Of a DNA stretch of 64,000 nucleotides, positions 10,297 to 21,478 are shown one piece after another; positions within the stretch are counted from its first letter, which is position 1; every line of letters begins with the position of its first letter. Origin of the DNA: Marine Group I thaumarchaeote SCGC AAA799-D11 (GTDB taxonomy: Archaea > Thermoproteota > Nitrososphaeria > Nitrososphaerales > Nitrosopumilaceae); the NCBI GenBank assembly GCA_000746765.1, contig JOSY01000006.1:21603-85602 (forward strand). Direction: 5' to 3'. Both the position numbers and the translations under genes were made by a program. The notes beneath the pieces were generated by a model that did no database searches, was not told where the DNA came from, and saw only the letters and a program-made list of their open reading frames with translations.

Positions 10297-11580
10297 ATGG
10301 AACTTCCACGAGGAATGAAAGACTTTGAGGCTATTGAAAACTCAAACATTGAACATGTAAGAAGTCATTTCAAAAAATTATCTAATTTGTATGGTTTTTC
10401 ATTTATGGAGCCCTCTGTTTTAGAATCACTATCAACACTAGAAACAAAATCTGGTCCTGCAATAAGAGATGAAATCTATTACTTTAAAGACAAAGGAGAT
10501 CGTGAAGTTGCTTTACGCTTTGACTTTACAATGGGCCTGACAAGATATGCTACTGCCCAAAAATCAATGAAACTGCCAGCAAAAATTTCTGCCTTTGGTG
10601 GGGTATTTCGATATGATGAACCACAAAAAGGAAGATATCGATATTTCCATCAATGGGATATTGAAGTTTATGGCAAGAAAACTTTGGAATCTGAGGCTGA
10701 AATTATTGAATTAACATCACGTTTGTTTGATTCATTGTTACTCAAAGATATTGTAATTGACATTAACCACAGAAATCTTGTTGAATCCTATATCAACAAA
10801 ATTTTTGAAACTACTGATTCAGATAAAGTAGCAGATATCCTAAGAGCAATTGACAAGATTGCCAAAAAATCAAAAGATGAGATTCTAACTGAATTTACAA
10901 AAAAAGGATACGATACTGCAAAACTTGAAAAAATTCTGGAATTCTCTCAAGTAAAGGGGACCATTTCTGAAGTTGAAAAAAACTTTGATACTGAACAACT
11001 AGAATCATGGGATGAACTAAAACAACTCTTTGATTCATTAGAAAATAGAGGGGTTTCAAATGTTAGAATTAATTTTGGTATAGTTCGTGGATTGGATTAT
11101 TATTCTGGAATGGTCTTTGAGGTATTTGATAAAAACTCCAAACTTGGTGCATTAGCTGGTGGAGGAAGATATGATACACTAACAAAAGCATTTGGAAGAG
11201 ATGACATTGGTGCTACTGGTGTTGCAGGTGGTGTAGAACGAATTATTCTTACAATGCAAGAACAAAAAATAATTCCTGAAGTTTTACAAAATAGAGTTGC
11301 AGTTGTTTACATAAATGATGAGATGCAAAAGGTTGCTCATTCTATTACATCCTTATTGAGATTAAACAATATTCCATCTGACATTGATCTTGCAGGACGT
11401 AATCTAAAAAAACAGATGGACCATGCTGGAAATGCTCGATATGCTATAATTGTTGGACCTCAAGAACTTGAAAATGGAAATGTTGTCTTACATGACATGA
11501 AAGATGGAAAAGAGGGAACTATTTCTCTAGAAAAATTAACTGAAGATCCTAATTCAGTTCTTAATTTAGAAAAGCCCTAG
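10297..11580 (+). CDS. hisS: Histidine--tRNA ligase
   Basis: PRGMKD, LRFDFT, FRYDEPQKGRYR, RGLDYY, GGGRYD. Confidence 0.97.
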   Translation: MELPRGMKDFEAIENSNIEHVRSHFKKLSNLYGFSFMEPSVLESLSTLETKSGPAIRDEIYYFKDKGDREVALRFDFTMGLTRYATAQKSMKLPAKISAFGGVFRYDEPQKGRYRYFHQWDIEVYGKKTLESEAEIIELTSRLFDSLLLKDIVIDINHRNLVESYINKIFETTDSDKVADILRAIDKIAKKSKDEILTEFTKKGYDTAKLEKILEFSQVKGTISEVEKNFDTEQLESWDELKQLFDSLENRGVSNVRINFGIVRGLDYYSGMVFEVFDKNSKLGALAGGGRYDTLTKAFGRDDIGATGVAGGVERIILTMQEQKIIPEVLQNRVAVVYINDEMQKVAHSITSLLRLNNIPSDIDLAGRNLKKQMDHAGNARYAIIVGPQELENGNVVLHDMKDGKEGTISLEKLTEDPNSVLNLEKP

Positions 11581-12226
11581 TCAACATCATAATCTCTGGA
11601 CCTGTTGTTAATGAACCAACTATGATGCAATTATTATTGGCCAGAATCCCTGATGATACATATGGAATTCCATTATTGATGGAACTTTGTTCTATTTTTA
11701 CGCCTAATAAATTGGAAAATGTCTTCATGTCCTCCTCGTCTGCTTCAGGATGGATTGCAGCACCTGAGTTGTTTGCTACCATTACGACTCCTGTCTGATT
11801 GAATCCAGCAATTTTTTTCTGAATAGTTTCAACACCTAATACATCTGAAATTGTCTGGCAATCCTCTTTTGACAACCATGGTGAAACAACTGCTCCTTTA
11901 TCATTAGCACAAATTACATTTCCTAACGCAGTAAATTTGGAATCGAGTACACCTACTTCTAAATCCAATTCTTTTTTGATAAAGTCATATTCATTTTGAT
12001 ATGCAGTTTTTGGCAACAAAATTCCCTTATTGTTCATTATACATAATGCACCAATTAATCTGGTGTTTGCAATTGATGTGAAAAGATAATCTACTTTAAG
12101 ATATTTTGCTAGTTTTTCTGCTTTAGTTTTTGCAAATCCCATTGGAAGCAAAATTGTTTTATCATTAACACTAATGTAAACTCCAATATTTGGGCCACGA
12201 TACACATCAAATTTGATAATATCCAT
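11561..12226 (-). CDS. eif6: Translation initiation factor 6 (aIF6)
   Basis: NIGVY, ALGNVICANDKGA, SINNGIPYVSSGILAN, G.LTTGPE. Confidence 0.92.
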   Translation of the reverse strand: MDIIKFDVYRGPNIGVYISVNDKTILLPMGFAKTKAEKLAKYLKVDYLFTSIANTRLIGALCIMNNKGILLPKTAYQNEYDFIKKELDLEVGVLDSKFTALGNVICANDKGAVVSPWLSKEDCQTISDVLGVETIQKKIAGFNQTGVVMVANNSGAAIHPEADEEDMKTFSNLLGVKIEQSSINNGIPYVSSGILANNNCIIVGSLTTGPEIMMLTRAFLN

Positions 12227-12318
12227 ATCCCCAAAATTGATCGTACAGCGTTATGAACGTAAGGGATCTATTCCTGACTAGAATTATGGAATTATGTTAG
12301 TCTAGCTTTAAATAATAA

Positions 12319-12828
<510 letters not shown>

Positions 12829-12941
12829 AATTTGAAATTATTTTTAGAATTTTTATTTTTGTTAATTTTTACCGATCTATTCTAGTTTAGTCACGACTAA
12901 TTTTATCTAGCTTTAAATAATATTTTGAAATAAATTATTTC

Positions 12942-13478
12942 ATGCCAATAGATGAGAAATTTGTCGAAAATCTAGAAGTCGTTGGAAAGACAAGCCACAG
13001 TGATGGTGAAAATAAACACTTCATCTGGGGTAAAGGCAGAACTGATGGTGAGGCATTTTCAAATGATGATGTCAAAGCAGCATATGAAGCAAGAGGAGAA
13101 GAACAAGTTCCTCTTGGAATTCACGGAACAACTGTAGCAGTTGACTGGGATTCTTGTGTTGCAGCAGGTTCTTGCATGAGTGTCTGCCCTGTTCAAACCT
13201 TCCAGTGGTATAGAACCGAAAAAGATATTCCAGCAGCAGAATGCTTGGATGCAACTTTTGATGGAACTGGTTTGACTGAGCAAGATGAACGTCTAGATTA
13301 CACAGATAAATCAATGCCAATCAGAGAACATGATTGTACACAATGTATGGCTTGCCAAGAAGCATGTCCAACACACGCAATCTTGATTGAACCATCTTAC
13401 CAAGAGTATCACGAAAAAGCTGATGGCTCTTATGTAAAAATGGAATCAGGCTCTGTAAATCCACACGCACACGATTAA
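12942..13478 (+). CDS. Dicluster ferredoxin, tandem paralog
   Basis: CVAAGSCMSVCP and CTQCMACQEACP motifs; closely similar to the upstream gene. Confidence 0.9.
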   Translation: MPIDEKFVENLEVVGKTSHSDGENKHFIWGKGRTDGEAFSNDDVKAAYEARGEEQVPLGIHGTTVAVDWDSCVAAGSCMSVCPVQTFQWYRTEKDIPAAECLDATFDGTGLTEQDERLDYTDKSMPIREHDCTQCMACQEACPTHAILIEPSYQEYHEKADGSYVKMESGSVNPHAHD

Positions 13479-13559
13479 AGAATTTTTTTCTTTTTTCTTA
13501 TTTTTACAAATCCATTTTCATCCTCAACAAATTTTAATGTCTATTATCCACAATTTCTT

Positions 13560-13643
13560 GCAGAGGTCGCCTAGCTCGGTAGGGCGCGGGCCTTGAGAGC
13601 CTGTGTGCGCAAGCATACGGGGGTTCAAATCCCTCTCTCTGCG
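13560..13643 (+). tRNA. tRNA-Ser(TGA)
   Basis: GCAGAGG acceptor, GCGGGC-CTTGAGA-GCCTGT anticodon arm, long variable arm, GGTTCAAATCC. Confidence 0.93.
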
Positions 13644-13646
13644 TTT

Positions 13647-14597
13647 TTAGTTTTCTACTTTTGCAAGTTCTGCAAGCATTGCAGATAGCTGAATCTCAGA
13701 ATTAGACCCAACTAAAATTCTGTAATCATATTTTGCAATTATCTCTAAAATATCTGATAATTTATCATGTTTTGATTTGAATACTGCAGAATTCAAATAT
13801 TTCAAAAAGTCAGATTCTGACATTCCATAAACTTTGATTAATTCAATCATCTTTTCTCTTGCTTCGGGAACCTTTCCAGATAATGCAATTTTTAGAACTT
13901 CATCAACATCTGTTGTTTTTGTTAATCCTGCTGATGCCTTTACATTTTCTTCAGAAATTGTACCTAAACTTGCAGTAGCTTGCATGAGATTAATTGCGTG
14001 TCTCAAATCTCCTTCAGAGTAATCATAAATTGCTTTTAGTCCCTTTTTGTCTGCCTTTACTTTCTCTTTTTTAGCAATCTCTTCTAGTCTTTTTATGACA
14101 TCTTCTTCTGGAACTGATGTGAATTTGAAGGTAGCACATCTACTTTGAATAGGATCAATAATTTTTGAAATATTATTTGCAATTAAAATAAAACGACAAA
14201 TTTTTGCAGTATCTTCTATAATTCTTCTAAGTGCTGTTTGTGCATCAGAAGTCATTTCATCTGCTTCATCTAAAATAATGATTTTGAATGGGACATCTGC
14301 CATACCTGCATATCTTGAAAACTTTTTTACTTTCTCTCTGACCATTCCAATTCCTCTTTCATCAGACGCATTCAATTCTAAGGTGTAGTCTTTAGCATAA
14401 TCTCCTAAAATTTGTCTTGAAATACATAATGCAGTTGTTGTCTTTCCAACACCAGCTGATCCTGAAAATAATAGATGAGGCATATCTGTAGGATCTTTGA
14501 TTAAAGCTTCTAGACTACCGATTATCTCTGTTTGATTGACTACTTCAGAAAGTTTCATTGGTCGATATTTTTCTACCCACATTCCAGTTGCAGTCAT
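13647..14597 (-). CDS. rfcS: Replication factor C small subunit
   Basis: WVEKYRP, GSAGVGKTT, ELNASDERG, LDEAD, SRC. Confidence 0.95.
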   Translation of the reverse strand: MTATGMWVEKYRPMKLSEVVNQTEIIGSLEALIKDPTDMPHLLFSGSAGVGKTTTALCISRQILGDYAKDYTLELNASDERGIGMVREKVKKFSRYAGMADVPFKIIILDEADEMTSDAQTALRRIIEDTAKICRFILIANNISKIIDPIQSRCATFKFTSVPEEDVIKRLEEIAKKEKVKADKKGLKAIYDYSEGDLRHAINLMQATASLGTISEENVKASAGLTKTTDVDEVLKIALSGKVPEAREKMIELIKVYGMSESDFLKYLNSAVFKSKHDKLSDILEIIAKYDYRILVGSNSEIQLSAMLAELAKVEN

Positions 14598-14791
14598 ATG
14601 AGTACATGGCAGCAATTCCCACTAATAAATCCGAATTGGTTATTGTCATATACCGCAAATTAAAATCCCTTTGAGCACAAAATAATGAGCGATCAGCCTG
14701 AAACTAATTAGGATCAATTGATCTCACTAAATTGTTAACAGAATTGATCGATCCGATACTTGAGGATCTAAAAGACAAAAAGTGATCTCAC

Positions 14792-15310
14792 ATGGAAATA
14801 GACAAAATAGAAAAAGTACATTCAATTGGATATCGCCTAAAGGATGCTAAAGTTACAATTAACCAAGACTACAAATTCAATGTTGCTGGCCTAAAAACTG
14901 AAGGAAAACAAGGCGAAGTAAACAACATGCCTCAGTGGGTAGGCAAAATTTTGGCAGACAATAATTTAGGCACCTTAGACTCTCCTGATATGATTACTGA
15001 ACTTAAACAAGCATTATCCAAGGAAAAAATGGTTGGAGAATATCAAATATCTACACTTGATCCTCATTTTTACATCAAACTAAAAGAATCCATGAAAGAA
15101 TTGAATCGCGATGATTTTGATAAAGTCGAAAGTATGATGTTAGAGTTATTTAGAATGAGACGAGGAAAATTAGTAAAATTAGCTGATTCCATCAAACTAA
15201 ATTCAGACTTGTACAACAAACTAACTGTTGAAGAAGTCATCTTCTACAAAACTATCTATGAAAATAGTGTAGAATTTGAAAATCAAATAAAAGGTGAAAC
15301 AAATGAGTAG
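14792..15310 (+). CDS. GINS complex subunit (Gins23-like)
   Basis: Directly upstream of and overlapping mcm; P.WV..L, L...FY, R..K+ and LT.EE pattern. Confidence 0.75.
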   Translation: MEIDKIEKVHSIGYRLKDAKVTINQDYKFNVAGLKTEGKQGEVNNMPQWVGKILADNNLGTLDSPDMITELKQALSKEKMVGEYQISTLDPHFYIKLKESMKELNRDDFDKVESMMLELFRMRRGKLVKLADSIKLNSDLYNKLTVEEVIFYKTIYENSVEFENQIKGETNE

Positions 15311-17390
15311 TGCTCAAACTAGTACCTTTACTGACTCTGCATTATCTGATAAAGTAAAAGAATTCTTAACTAGATTCAAAGATGGTAATGGTGAATACAA
15401 GTACGTTCAGGCAATCGATGAGATGATGCCTAAGAATTCAAAATTCATTATTGTTGATTACAATGATTTGATAATTGAACCTGAAATCATATCTATTTTT
15501 TCAGAAAACCCTGATAGAATATTTGATGCATTTTCAAGAGCAATTAAAGAAGCATTACAAACAAGATTTCCTGATTATGCTGCAAAAATTAAAGATGAAG
15601 TTCGTGTTAGATTAATCAATTATCCTTCTGAACGAAGTCTTAGACAAATCAATGCTGAAACTATTGGAAATATTACCAGTGTTTCAGGAATGGTAGTTAG
15701 AGCTTCTGAAGTCAAACCACTTGCAAAAGAATTGATCTTTGTTTGTCCTGATGAACATCAAACTAAAGTAATTCAGATTAAAGGAATGGATGTTAAAGTT
15801 CCAGTTGTTTGTGATAATCCAAATTGTAAACAAAGAGATTTTGATTTAAAACCTGAAGCAAGTAAATTCATCGACTTTCAGATAATGAGGTTGCAAGAAC
15901 TCCCTGAAGATCTGCCTCCTGGCCAACTCCCTCATTATATTGATGTGACCGTTAGGCAAGATTTAGTAGACAATGCTAGGCCTGGAGATAGAATTGTCCT
16001 TACCGGTGTAGTCCGAGTTGAACAAGAATCTGTTACTGGTGTTACTCGTGGTCATAGTGGATTGTATAGACTACGAATTGAGGGAAATAACATTGAATTC
16101 TTGGGTGGTCGTGGTGCTAAAACCTCAAGAAAAATTGAAAGAGAAGAAATTTCTCCTGAAGAAGAAAAAATGATCAAAGCACTAGCTGCAAGTCCTGATG
16201 TTTATCAAAGACTAATTGATTCATTTGCTCCTCACATTCAAGGACAATCATTAATCAAAGAAGCAATTTTGTTACTAATTGTAGGTTCTAATCAAAGATC
16301 TTTAGGTGATGGTAGTAAAATTAGAGGAGACATTAACGTATTTCTTGTTGGTGATCCTGGTACTGCAAAAAGTGAGATGCTAAAGTTTTGTTCTAGAATT
16401 GCTCCACGTGGATTGTATACTTCTGGTAGAGGTTCAACTGCTGCAGGACTTACAGCTGCAGTTGTAAGAGACAAGACAGGAATTATGATGTTAGAAGCTG
16501 GTGCAGTTGTACTAGGTGATCAAGGTCTTGTAAGTATAGACGAATTCGATAAGATGAAACCTGAGGATCGAAGTGCATTGCACGAAGTTATGGAACAACA
16601 ATCAGCTAGTATTGCAAAAGGTGGTATTGTTGCAACTTTGAATGCAAGGACATCAATTTTAGCTGCAGCAAACCCGATGTATGGAAAATATGATCCATTC
16701 AAAAATATTACAGAAAATGTAAATTTGCCAATTCCTCTCTTAACAAGATTTGACTTGATCTTTGTAGTTAGAGACATTCCAACTAAAGAACGCGATGAAC
16801 AAATTGCAAGACACATTATAGAATTACACACACCTCAAGGAACTGACAAAAAATCTGTAGTTGATGTTGATTTACTTACAAAATATCTTTCATATGCTAA
16901 ACGAGGCTCTCCAGATCTAACAAAAGAAGCAGAACAAAAAATTCTTGATTACTATCTCCAAATGAGAAATGTTGAATCCGAAGAAATGATCACAGTTACT
17001 CCTAGACAACTTGAGGGTATTATCAGACTCTCTACTGCTAGAGCGAGATTACTCATGAAAGACAAGGTAGAAGAAGAGGATGCTGAGCGTGCAATCTTCT
17101 TGATTCAAAGTATGCTTCAAGATGCTGGTGTTGATGTTAATACTGGAAAAGTAGACCTTGGAGTATTACAAGGAAAACCTCGAAGTGAGGTTTCAAAGAT
17201 GCAATTATTCATGGATGTCCTCAAAGGCTTAGAAGGCGATAACAAGATTCCTGTTGAAGAAAAAGCATTTGTTAGAGAACTTGAAAAGAGTGAAAAATTC
17301 ACAGAAGAAGAAGCCAGAAATTACATTAGAAGAATGCTTAGAGAAGCATCTATTTATGAATCAAAACCCGGTCATTATAACCGAGTATGA
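15303..17390 (+). CDS. mcm: Replicative helicase MCM
   Basis: GDPGTAKS Walker A, IDEFDKM, AAANP, LLTRFDL, TPRQLE. Confidence 0.97.
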   Translation: MSSAQTSTFTDSALSDKVKEFLTRFKDGNGEYKYVQAIDEMMPKNSKFIIVDYNDLIIEPEIISIFSENPDRIFDAFSRAIKEALQTRFPDYAAKIKDEVRVRLINYPSERSLRQINAETIGNITSVSGMVVRASEVKPLAKELIFVCPDEHQTKVIQIKGMDVKVPVVCDNPNCKQRDFDLKPEASKFIDFQIMRLQELPEDLPPGQLPHYIDVTVRQDLVDNARPGDRIVLTGVVRVEQESVTGVTRGHSGLYRLRIEGNNIEFLGGRGAKTSRKIEREEISPEEEKMIKALAASPDVYQRLIDSFAPHIQGQSLIKEAILLLIVGSNQRSLGDGSKIRGDINVFLVGDPGTAKSEMLKFCSRIAPRGLYTSGRGSTAAGLTAAVVRDKTGIMMLEAGAVVLGDQGLVSIDEFDKMKPEDRSALHEVMEQQSASIAKGGIVATLNARTSILAAANPMYGKYDPFKNITENVNLPIPLLTRFDLIFVVRDIPTKERDEQIARHIIELHTPQGTDKKSVVDVDLLTKYLSYAKRGSPDLTKEAEQKILDYYLQMRNVESEEMITVTPRQLEGIIRLSTARARLLMKDKVEEEDAERAIFLIQSMLQDAGVDVNTGKVDLGVLQGKPRSEVSKMQLFMDVLKGLEGDNKIPVEEKAFVRELEKSEKFTEEEARNYIRRMLREASIYESKPGHYNRV

Positions 17391-19516
17391 AAATAGAAAA
17401 ATTACAACTTCCAGAATCTGCACTTGAATTTTTAAAATCACAAGGTTTTGAGAAATTATATCCTCCACAAGCAGACAGTGTAAAATCTGGATTGCTTGAT
17501 GGTCAAAGCATATTGGTGTCAGCTCCTACTGCAAGTGGGAAAACTCTGATTGCAATGCTTGCAATGATGAGTTATCTTTCAAAAAATAAAGGTAAAGTAA
17601 TCTATCTAAGTCCTTTGAGAGCTTTGGCTGCTGAAAAATTTTCAGAGTTTAAAAAATTAGAAAAAGTTGGATTAGGAAACAAAATTAAAGTTGGAATCTC
17701 AACTGGTGATTTTGAAAATATTGAAAAAAATCTAGAAAAAAATAATGTTTTAATTTTAACCAATGAAAAAATGGATTCTATAATACGTCATGGTGCTGAA
17801 TGGATTAATGAAATTGGTCTAGTGATTGCAGATGAAGTTCATCTAATTGGTGATGAGAGTAGAGGGCCTACATTGGAAATGATCTTAACTCAACTAAAAC
17901 TTTTAGAAACAAAACCACAAATAGTTGGTCTTAGTGCAACTATAACAAATTCAGATGATATTGCAGATTGGCTTGAATGCACTCTAGTTGAAAATTCTTG
18001 GAGACCTGTACCACTCTCTGAAGGAGTTTGTGATGCAGGAGAAGTAACTATGGCTGATGGTACAACATTTGAGGTTGAGCGCAGCATACGTGGGACGCCT
18101 ATTGATTTAGGCGTGCAATCAGTCAAAAATGGTGGTCAATCATTAGTTTTTGCTGAAACTAGAACTCGCTCAAAATCACTTGCAACAAAGGCAGCTGATG
18201 CAATATATCAAATTTTAGAAAAAAAAGAGATGACTCAATTAGAAAAAACCTCAAAGAAAATCCTATCTGAAAATGAACATACCGAGTTGGTAAAAACATT
18301 GGCTCTTTTGATAAAAAAAGGAGTTGCATTTCATCACGCTGGATTAAATCAAAACTGTCGTGAAACAATAGAAAAAGAATTTAGAAACGGAACTATCAAA
18401 CTATTGTCATCCACTCCTACTTTAGCTGCAGGTGTTAATTTACCTGCGCGAAGGGTTGTGATCTCAAATGTAAATAGATACAATGCAAAGGTTGGTGCAA
18501 ATAGACCAATCAGTATTCTAGAATACAAACAACTTTGTGGAAGAGCGGGAAGACCACAATACGATGATTATGGAGAATCAATTATTGTTGGAAATGGAAA
18601 TACTGATGATCTAATTGATTATTACATTAATGGTGAACCTGAACCAATTGAATCCAAAATCACAGATGATAAATCCTTGAGAACACATGTGCTCAGTGTA
18701 ATTGTAACTAATCCTGGAATCAAAAAAGAAGAAATTTTAGAATTCTTTTTGCAAACACTTGGTGGTATACAATCTCGAAAACCTACTGTAAAGTTTGCAA
18801 TTGATATTTCCTTACGTTTTCTTTCTAGTCAATATTTGATCATCAAGAAAGGTGAAAGATATGCGGCAACTGAGTTTGGTAAAAAAACATCTATGCTGTA
18901 TATTGATCCACTCACAGCTACTTACTTTAGAGATGCACTTGAAAACGTGTCTGAAGAAAGAAAACACACATTTGGATTCTTGCATTTAATTTCAAACTGT
19001 GAAGAATTTTTCCCAAAATTCTCACTTAGGCAAAAAGACTATGAAACGGCAAGTCTTATGATTGAAAATAATTCTTCTGAACTCTTAGAACCAATTTCAG
19101 AGTATGATTGCTCACGTAGTCTTTTGGCCCTTCAATCTTGGATTACTGAATCTACAGAACTTAGTCTCTCAGATAGCCTTGGGATTGAATCTGGTGACAT
19201 GCACAGGATGACTGAAACTGGAAATTGGCTTTGTTACTGCCTCAGAGAGATCGCAAAACATGTTGAACGGGCAGATTTGCTTGAAGAATTAGGAGATTTG
19301 CGCAGAAGAATATCTTATGGAATTAGAGAAGAATTACTTGATCTGGTTAGGGTTAAAGGAATTGGTAGAGTTAGAGCAAGAATTCTATTCAAATATGGAA
19401 TCAAAAATCTTGATGATTTGGCAAAAATTCCTGTGAATAAATTAGCAGAAATAGATAAAATTGGTTCAACCATTGCGGATAACATCAAGGCAGAGCTACG
19501 AAGGGTTAGATATTGA
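17387..19516 (+). CDS. hel308: Ski2-like SF2 helicase Hel308/Hjm
   Basis: PTASGKT, DEVH, SAT, FHHAGL, TLAAGVNLPA, GRAGRP, C-terminal HhH. Confidence 0.9.
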   Translation: MKIEKLQLPESALEFLKSQGFEKLYPPQADSVKSGLLDGQSILVSAPTASGKTLIAMLAMMSYLSKNKGKVIYLSPLRALAAEKFSEFKKLEKVGLGNKIKVGISTGDFENIEKNLEKNNVLILTNEKMDSIIRHGAEWINEIGLVIADEVHLIGDESRGPTLEMILTQLKLLETKPQIVGLSATITNSDDIADWLECTLVENSWRPVPLSEGVCDAGEVTMADGTTFEVERSIRGTPIDLGVQSVKNGGQSLVFAETRTRSKSLATKAADAIYQILEKKEMTQLEKTSKKILSENEHTELVKTLALLIKKGVAFHHAGLNQNCRETIEKEFRNGTIKLLSSTPTLAAGVNLPARRVVISNVNRYNAKVGANRPISILEYKQLCGRAGRPQYDDYGESIIVGNGNTDDLIDYYINGEPEPIESKITDDKSLRTHVLSVIVTNPGIKKEEILEFFLQTLGGIQSRKPTVKFAIDISLRFLSSQYLIIKKGERYAATEFGKKTSMLYIDPLTATYFRDALENVSEERKHTFGFLHLISNCEEFFPKFSLRQKDYETASLMIENNSSELLEPISEYDCSRSLLALQSWITESTELSLSDSLGIESGDMHRMTETGNWLCYCLREIAKHVERADLLEELGDLRRRISYGIREELLDLVRVKGIGRVRARILFKYGIKNLDDLAKIPVNKLAEIDKIGSTIADNIKAELRRVRY

Positions 19517-20505
19517 TTGATTTAGTGATTCCAGCATTTGTTTCATGTGTTATTGCGTTTTTTGTTGTTTTTGTAACTACACCTCCTCTAATCAAATTTC
19601 TAAAAAAAAGAAACATGGCAGTAAAGGATATGAACAAAAAAGAAGACATTATGGTTGTAAGACCTGGTGGACCTTCAATAATTTTAGGAATAATTGTTTC
19701 AGAAATTGTTCTGTATGCATTTTTACAATTAAATGAAATTATTGCATTAATTATCACAACTAGTGCCGCATTTGCAATAGGATATGTTGATGACAGAAAA
19801 GTTATGGGGGGGTGGTTCAAACCTGTAACTCTTGCAATTGCTGCAATTCCAATTATTGCATTTGGTGCATATGATACTGATTTAGCATTTCCCTTATTTG
19901 GAGATGTGCAAATCCCTCTCCTCTATATTGGATTGGTTCTATTGATGATTCCAATTACTGGTAATACGATAAACTCTATTGATGTTTTAAATGGAGTTGC
20001 AAGTGGATTTATGGTAATAGCAAGTTTCTCTTTGTCTATCTGTTTGTTCATTGTACAAAATTATGAAATTGCAATTGTAAGTTTACCTTTAGGATTTGTT
20101 TCATTAGCTTTTTACAAATATCATAAGATCCCAAGTAGAATTTTTCCAGGTGACTCAGGAGCCTTAACTTTAGGTGCAATGTATGGTACTATAGCCATTA
20201 TTGGAGGTGTAGAAATCATTGCAGCCGTTGCATTACTTCCTGCAGTTATCAACTCATTTTTGTTCCTCTCAAGCGTAAAAAAGATAGTGGAACACAGACA
20301 AATCAAAGGAAAACCTGTAGAGCATACTGAAGATTTCAAATTAAAAGCAACTGATGATAAAACGGCTCCTGTCACTTTGGTAAGATTACTTCTTGCAGGA
20401 GGTCCTTTGTCAGAAAAACAAATAGGATTTGCAATATTCAAACTTGGAATATTTTCAGGAATTTTAGCTGTAATTACTGCGTTTATGATGGGGGTATCTC
20501 TTTGA
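19513..20505 (+). CDS. Glycosyltransferase family 4 (MraY/WecA/AglH-like polyprenyl-phosphate GlcNAc-1-P transferase)
   Basis: GYVDD, NSIDVLNG, IFPGDSG; multiple TM helices. Confidence 0.85.
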   Translation: MIDLVIPAFVSCVIAFFVVFVTTPPLIKFLKKRNMAVKDMNKKEDIMVVRPGGPSIILGIIVSEIVLYAFLQLNEIIALIITTSAAFAIGYVDDRKVMGGWFKPVTLAIAAIPIIAFGAYDTDLAFPLFGDVQIPLLYIGLVLLMIPITGNTINSIDVLNGVASGFMVIASFSLSICLFIVQNYEIAIVSLPLGFVSLAFYKYHKIPSRIFPGDSGALTLGAMYGTIAIIGGVEIIAAVALLPAVINSFLFLSSVKKIVEHRQIKGKPVEHTEDFKLKATDDKTAPVTLVRLLLAGGPLSEKQIGFAIFKLGIFSGILAVITAFMMGVSL

Positions 20506-20732
20506 GGACAGGAATTTACGGATTTTTGTTTGCAATGTGGATTTTAATTCTCATTGGTGGAGGAATTGTAGTTACTATATTGGGTCCAATTGAAGTTACA
20601 GGATATGGTGATGCAAATTGGTTTATTGCATCTGTAATTAAGGCAATTATTGCAATTATTCTTGTAGTTATTTGGATTCTAATTCTATCCAAGATGAAGA
20701 ATTGGATATTCAAAAAAGAGATAAGAACTTAA
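20502..20732 (+). CDS. Small membrane protein (2 TM)
   Basis: Hydrophobic ORF overlapping the upstream stop. Confidence 0.65.
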   Translation: MRTGIYGFLFAMWILILIGGGIVVTILGPIEVTGYGDANWFIASVIKAIIAIILVVIWILILSKMKNWIFKKEIRT

Positions 20733-21205
20733 TTCTCTAACCATTCTTTTTGTTTTTTATCGTATTCTTCTCTAGTTTTTCTAATTGTAGCAGGCGAACC
20801 CATAACCACAACATTTTCAGGAACATCTCTAGTTACAACTGCCCCCATTGCAACAACACTGTTTTTTCCAACTGTAACTCCAGCTTTTATTACTGCTCGT
20901 GCCCCAATTATTGCCCCATCTTCTATTGTAACTCCTGTCATTTTATCACACATTGGATAGGGATCATTTGTCAATACTGCAGCTGGTCCGATAAAAGCAT
21001 TTTTTCCAATTCTTGAAAGTGGTGGTATGTAAGCTGAACCTTCAATCTTTGTATTGTCTCCAATCTTTACATCATAATCAATATGAACAAGGGAACCGAT
21101 TTTGACATTATCTCCAACTTCTACATTGTCTCCTACATAGGTAAAATGCCAAATTGACACATTTTGACCAATTTTTGCTTTATCTGAAATAAAACTGGTA
21201 ACCAT
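20729..21205 (-). CDS. Hexapeptide-repeat acyltransferase (WbpD-like)
   Basis: Left-handed beta-helix repeats, FIGPAAVLTND, GSPA. Confidence 0.88.
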   Translation of the reverse strand: MVTSFISDKAKIGQNVSIWHFTYVGDNVEVGDNVKIGSLVHIDYDVKIGDNTKIEGSAYIPPLSRIGKNAFIGPAAVLTNDPYPMCDKMTGVTIEDGAIIGARAVIKAGVTVGKNSVVAMGAVVTRDVPENVVVMGSPATIRKTREEYDKKQKEWLEN

Positions 21206-21208
21206 TTT

Positions 21209-21478
21209 CTACAAATGCCATGGGTTTGCCTTTGTAATAATTTTTTCAGGCAATTTATCTTTGAAATTTTCCAAAAATTCTATTTCTTGTTTTTTATCTC
21301 GTAATTCATCAGGAAGCATGATTGGAATTTCTTCAATAATGGGATAAAATCTAGAGCATTTGGGGCAAAATAAAGCTCCTTCTGAAATAATATCTTCTTT
21401 TTCTTTTATCTCAAATAGTTCTAAAGGGTGATTTTTATCAATTGGACATGCCAATATGTCAATCATAGTTTTATTCAT
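21209..21478 (-). CDS. Trm112 family protein
   Basis: DILACPIDK...LFCPKCSRFYPIIEEIPIML. Confidence 0.9.
   Translation of the reverse strand: MNKTMIDILACPIDKNHPLELFEIKEKEDIISEGALFCPKCSRFYPIIEEIPIMLPDELRDKKQEIEFLENFKDKLPEKIITKANPWHL

Noticed and set aside
14620-14790. Replication origin next to mcm
   Set aside because: No ORB-type repeats or cdc6/orc1 gene seen; kept only as a GATC-cluster observation
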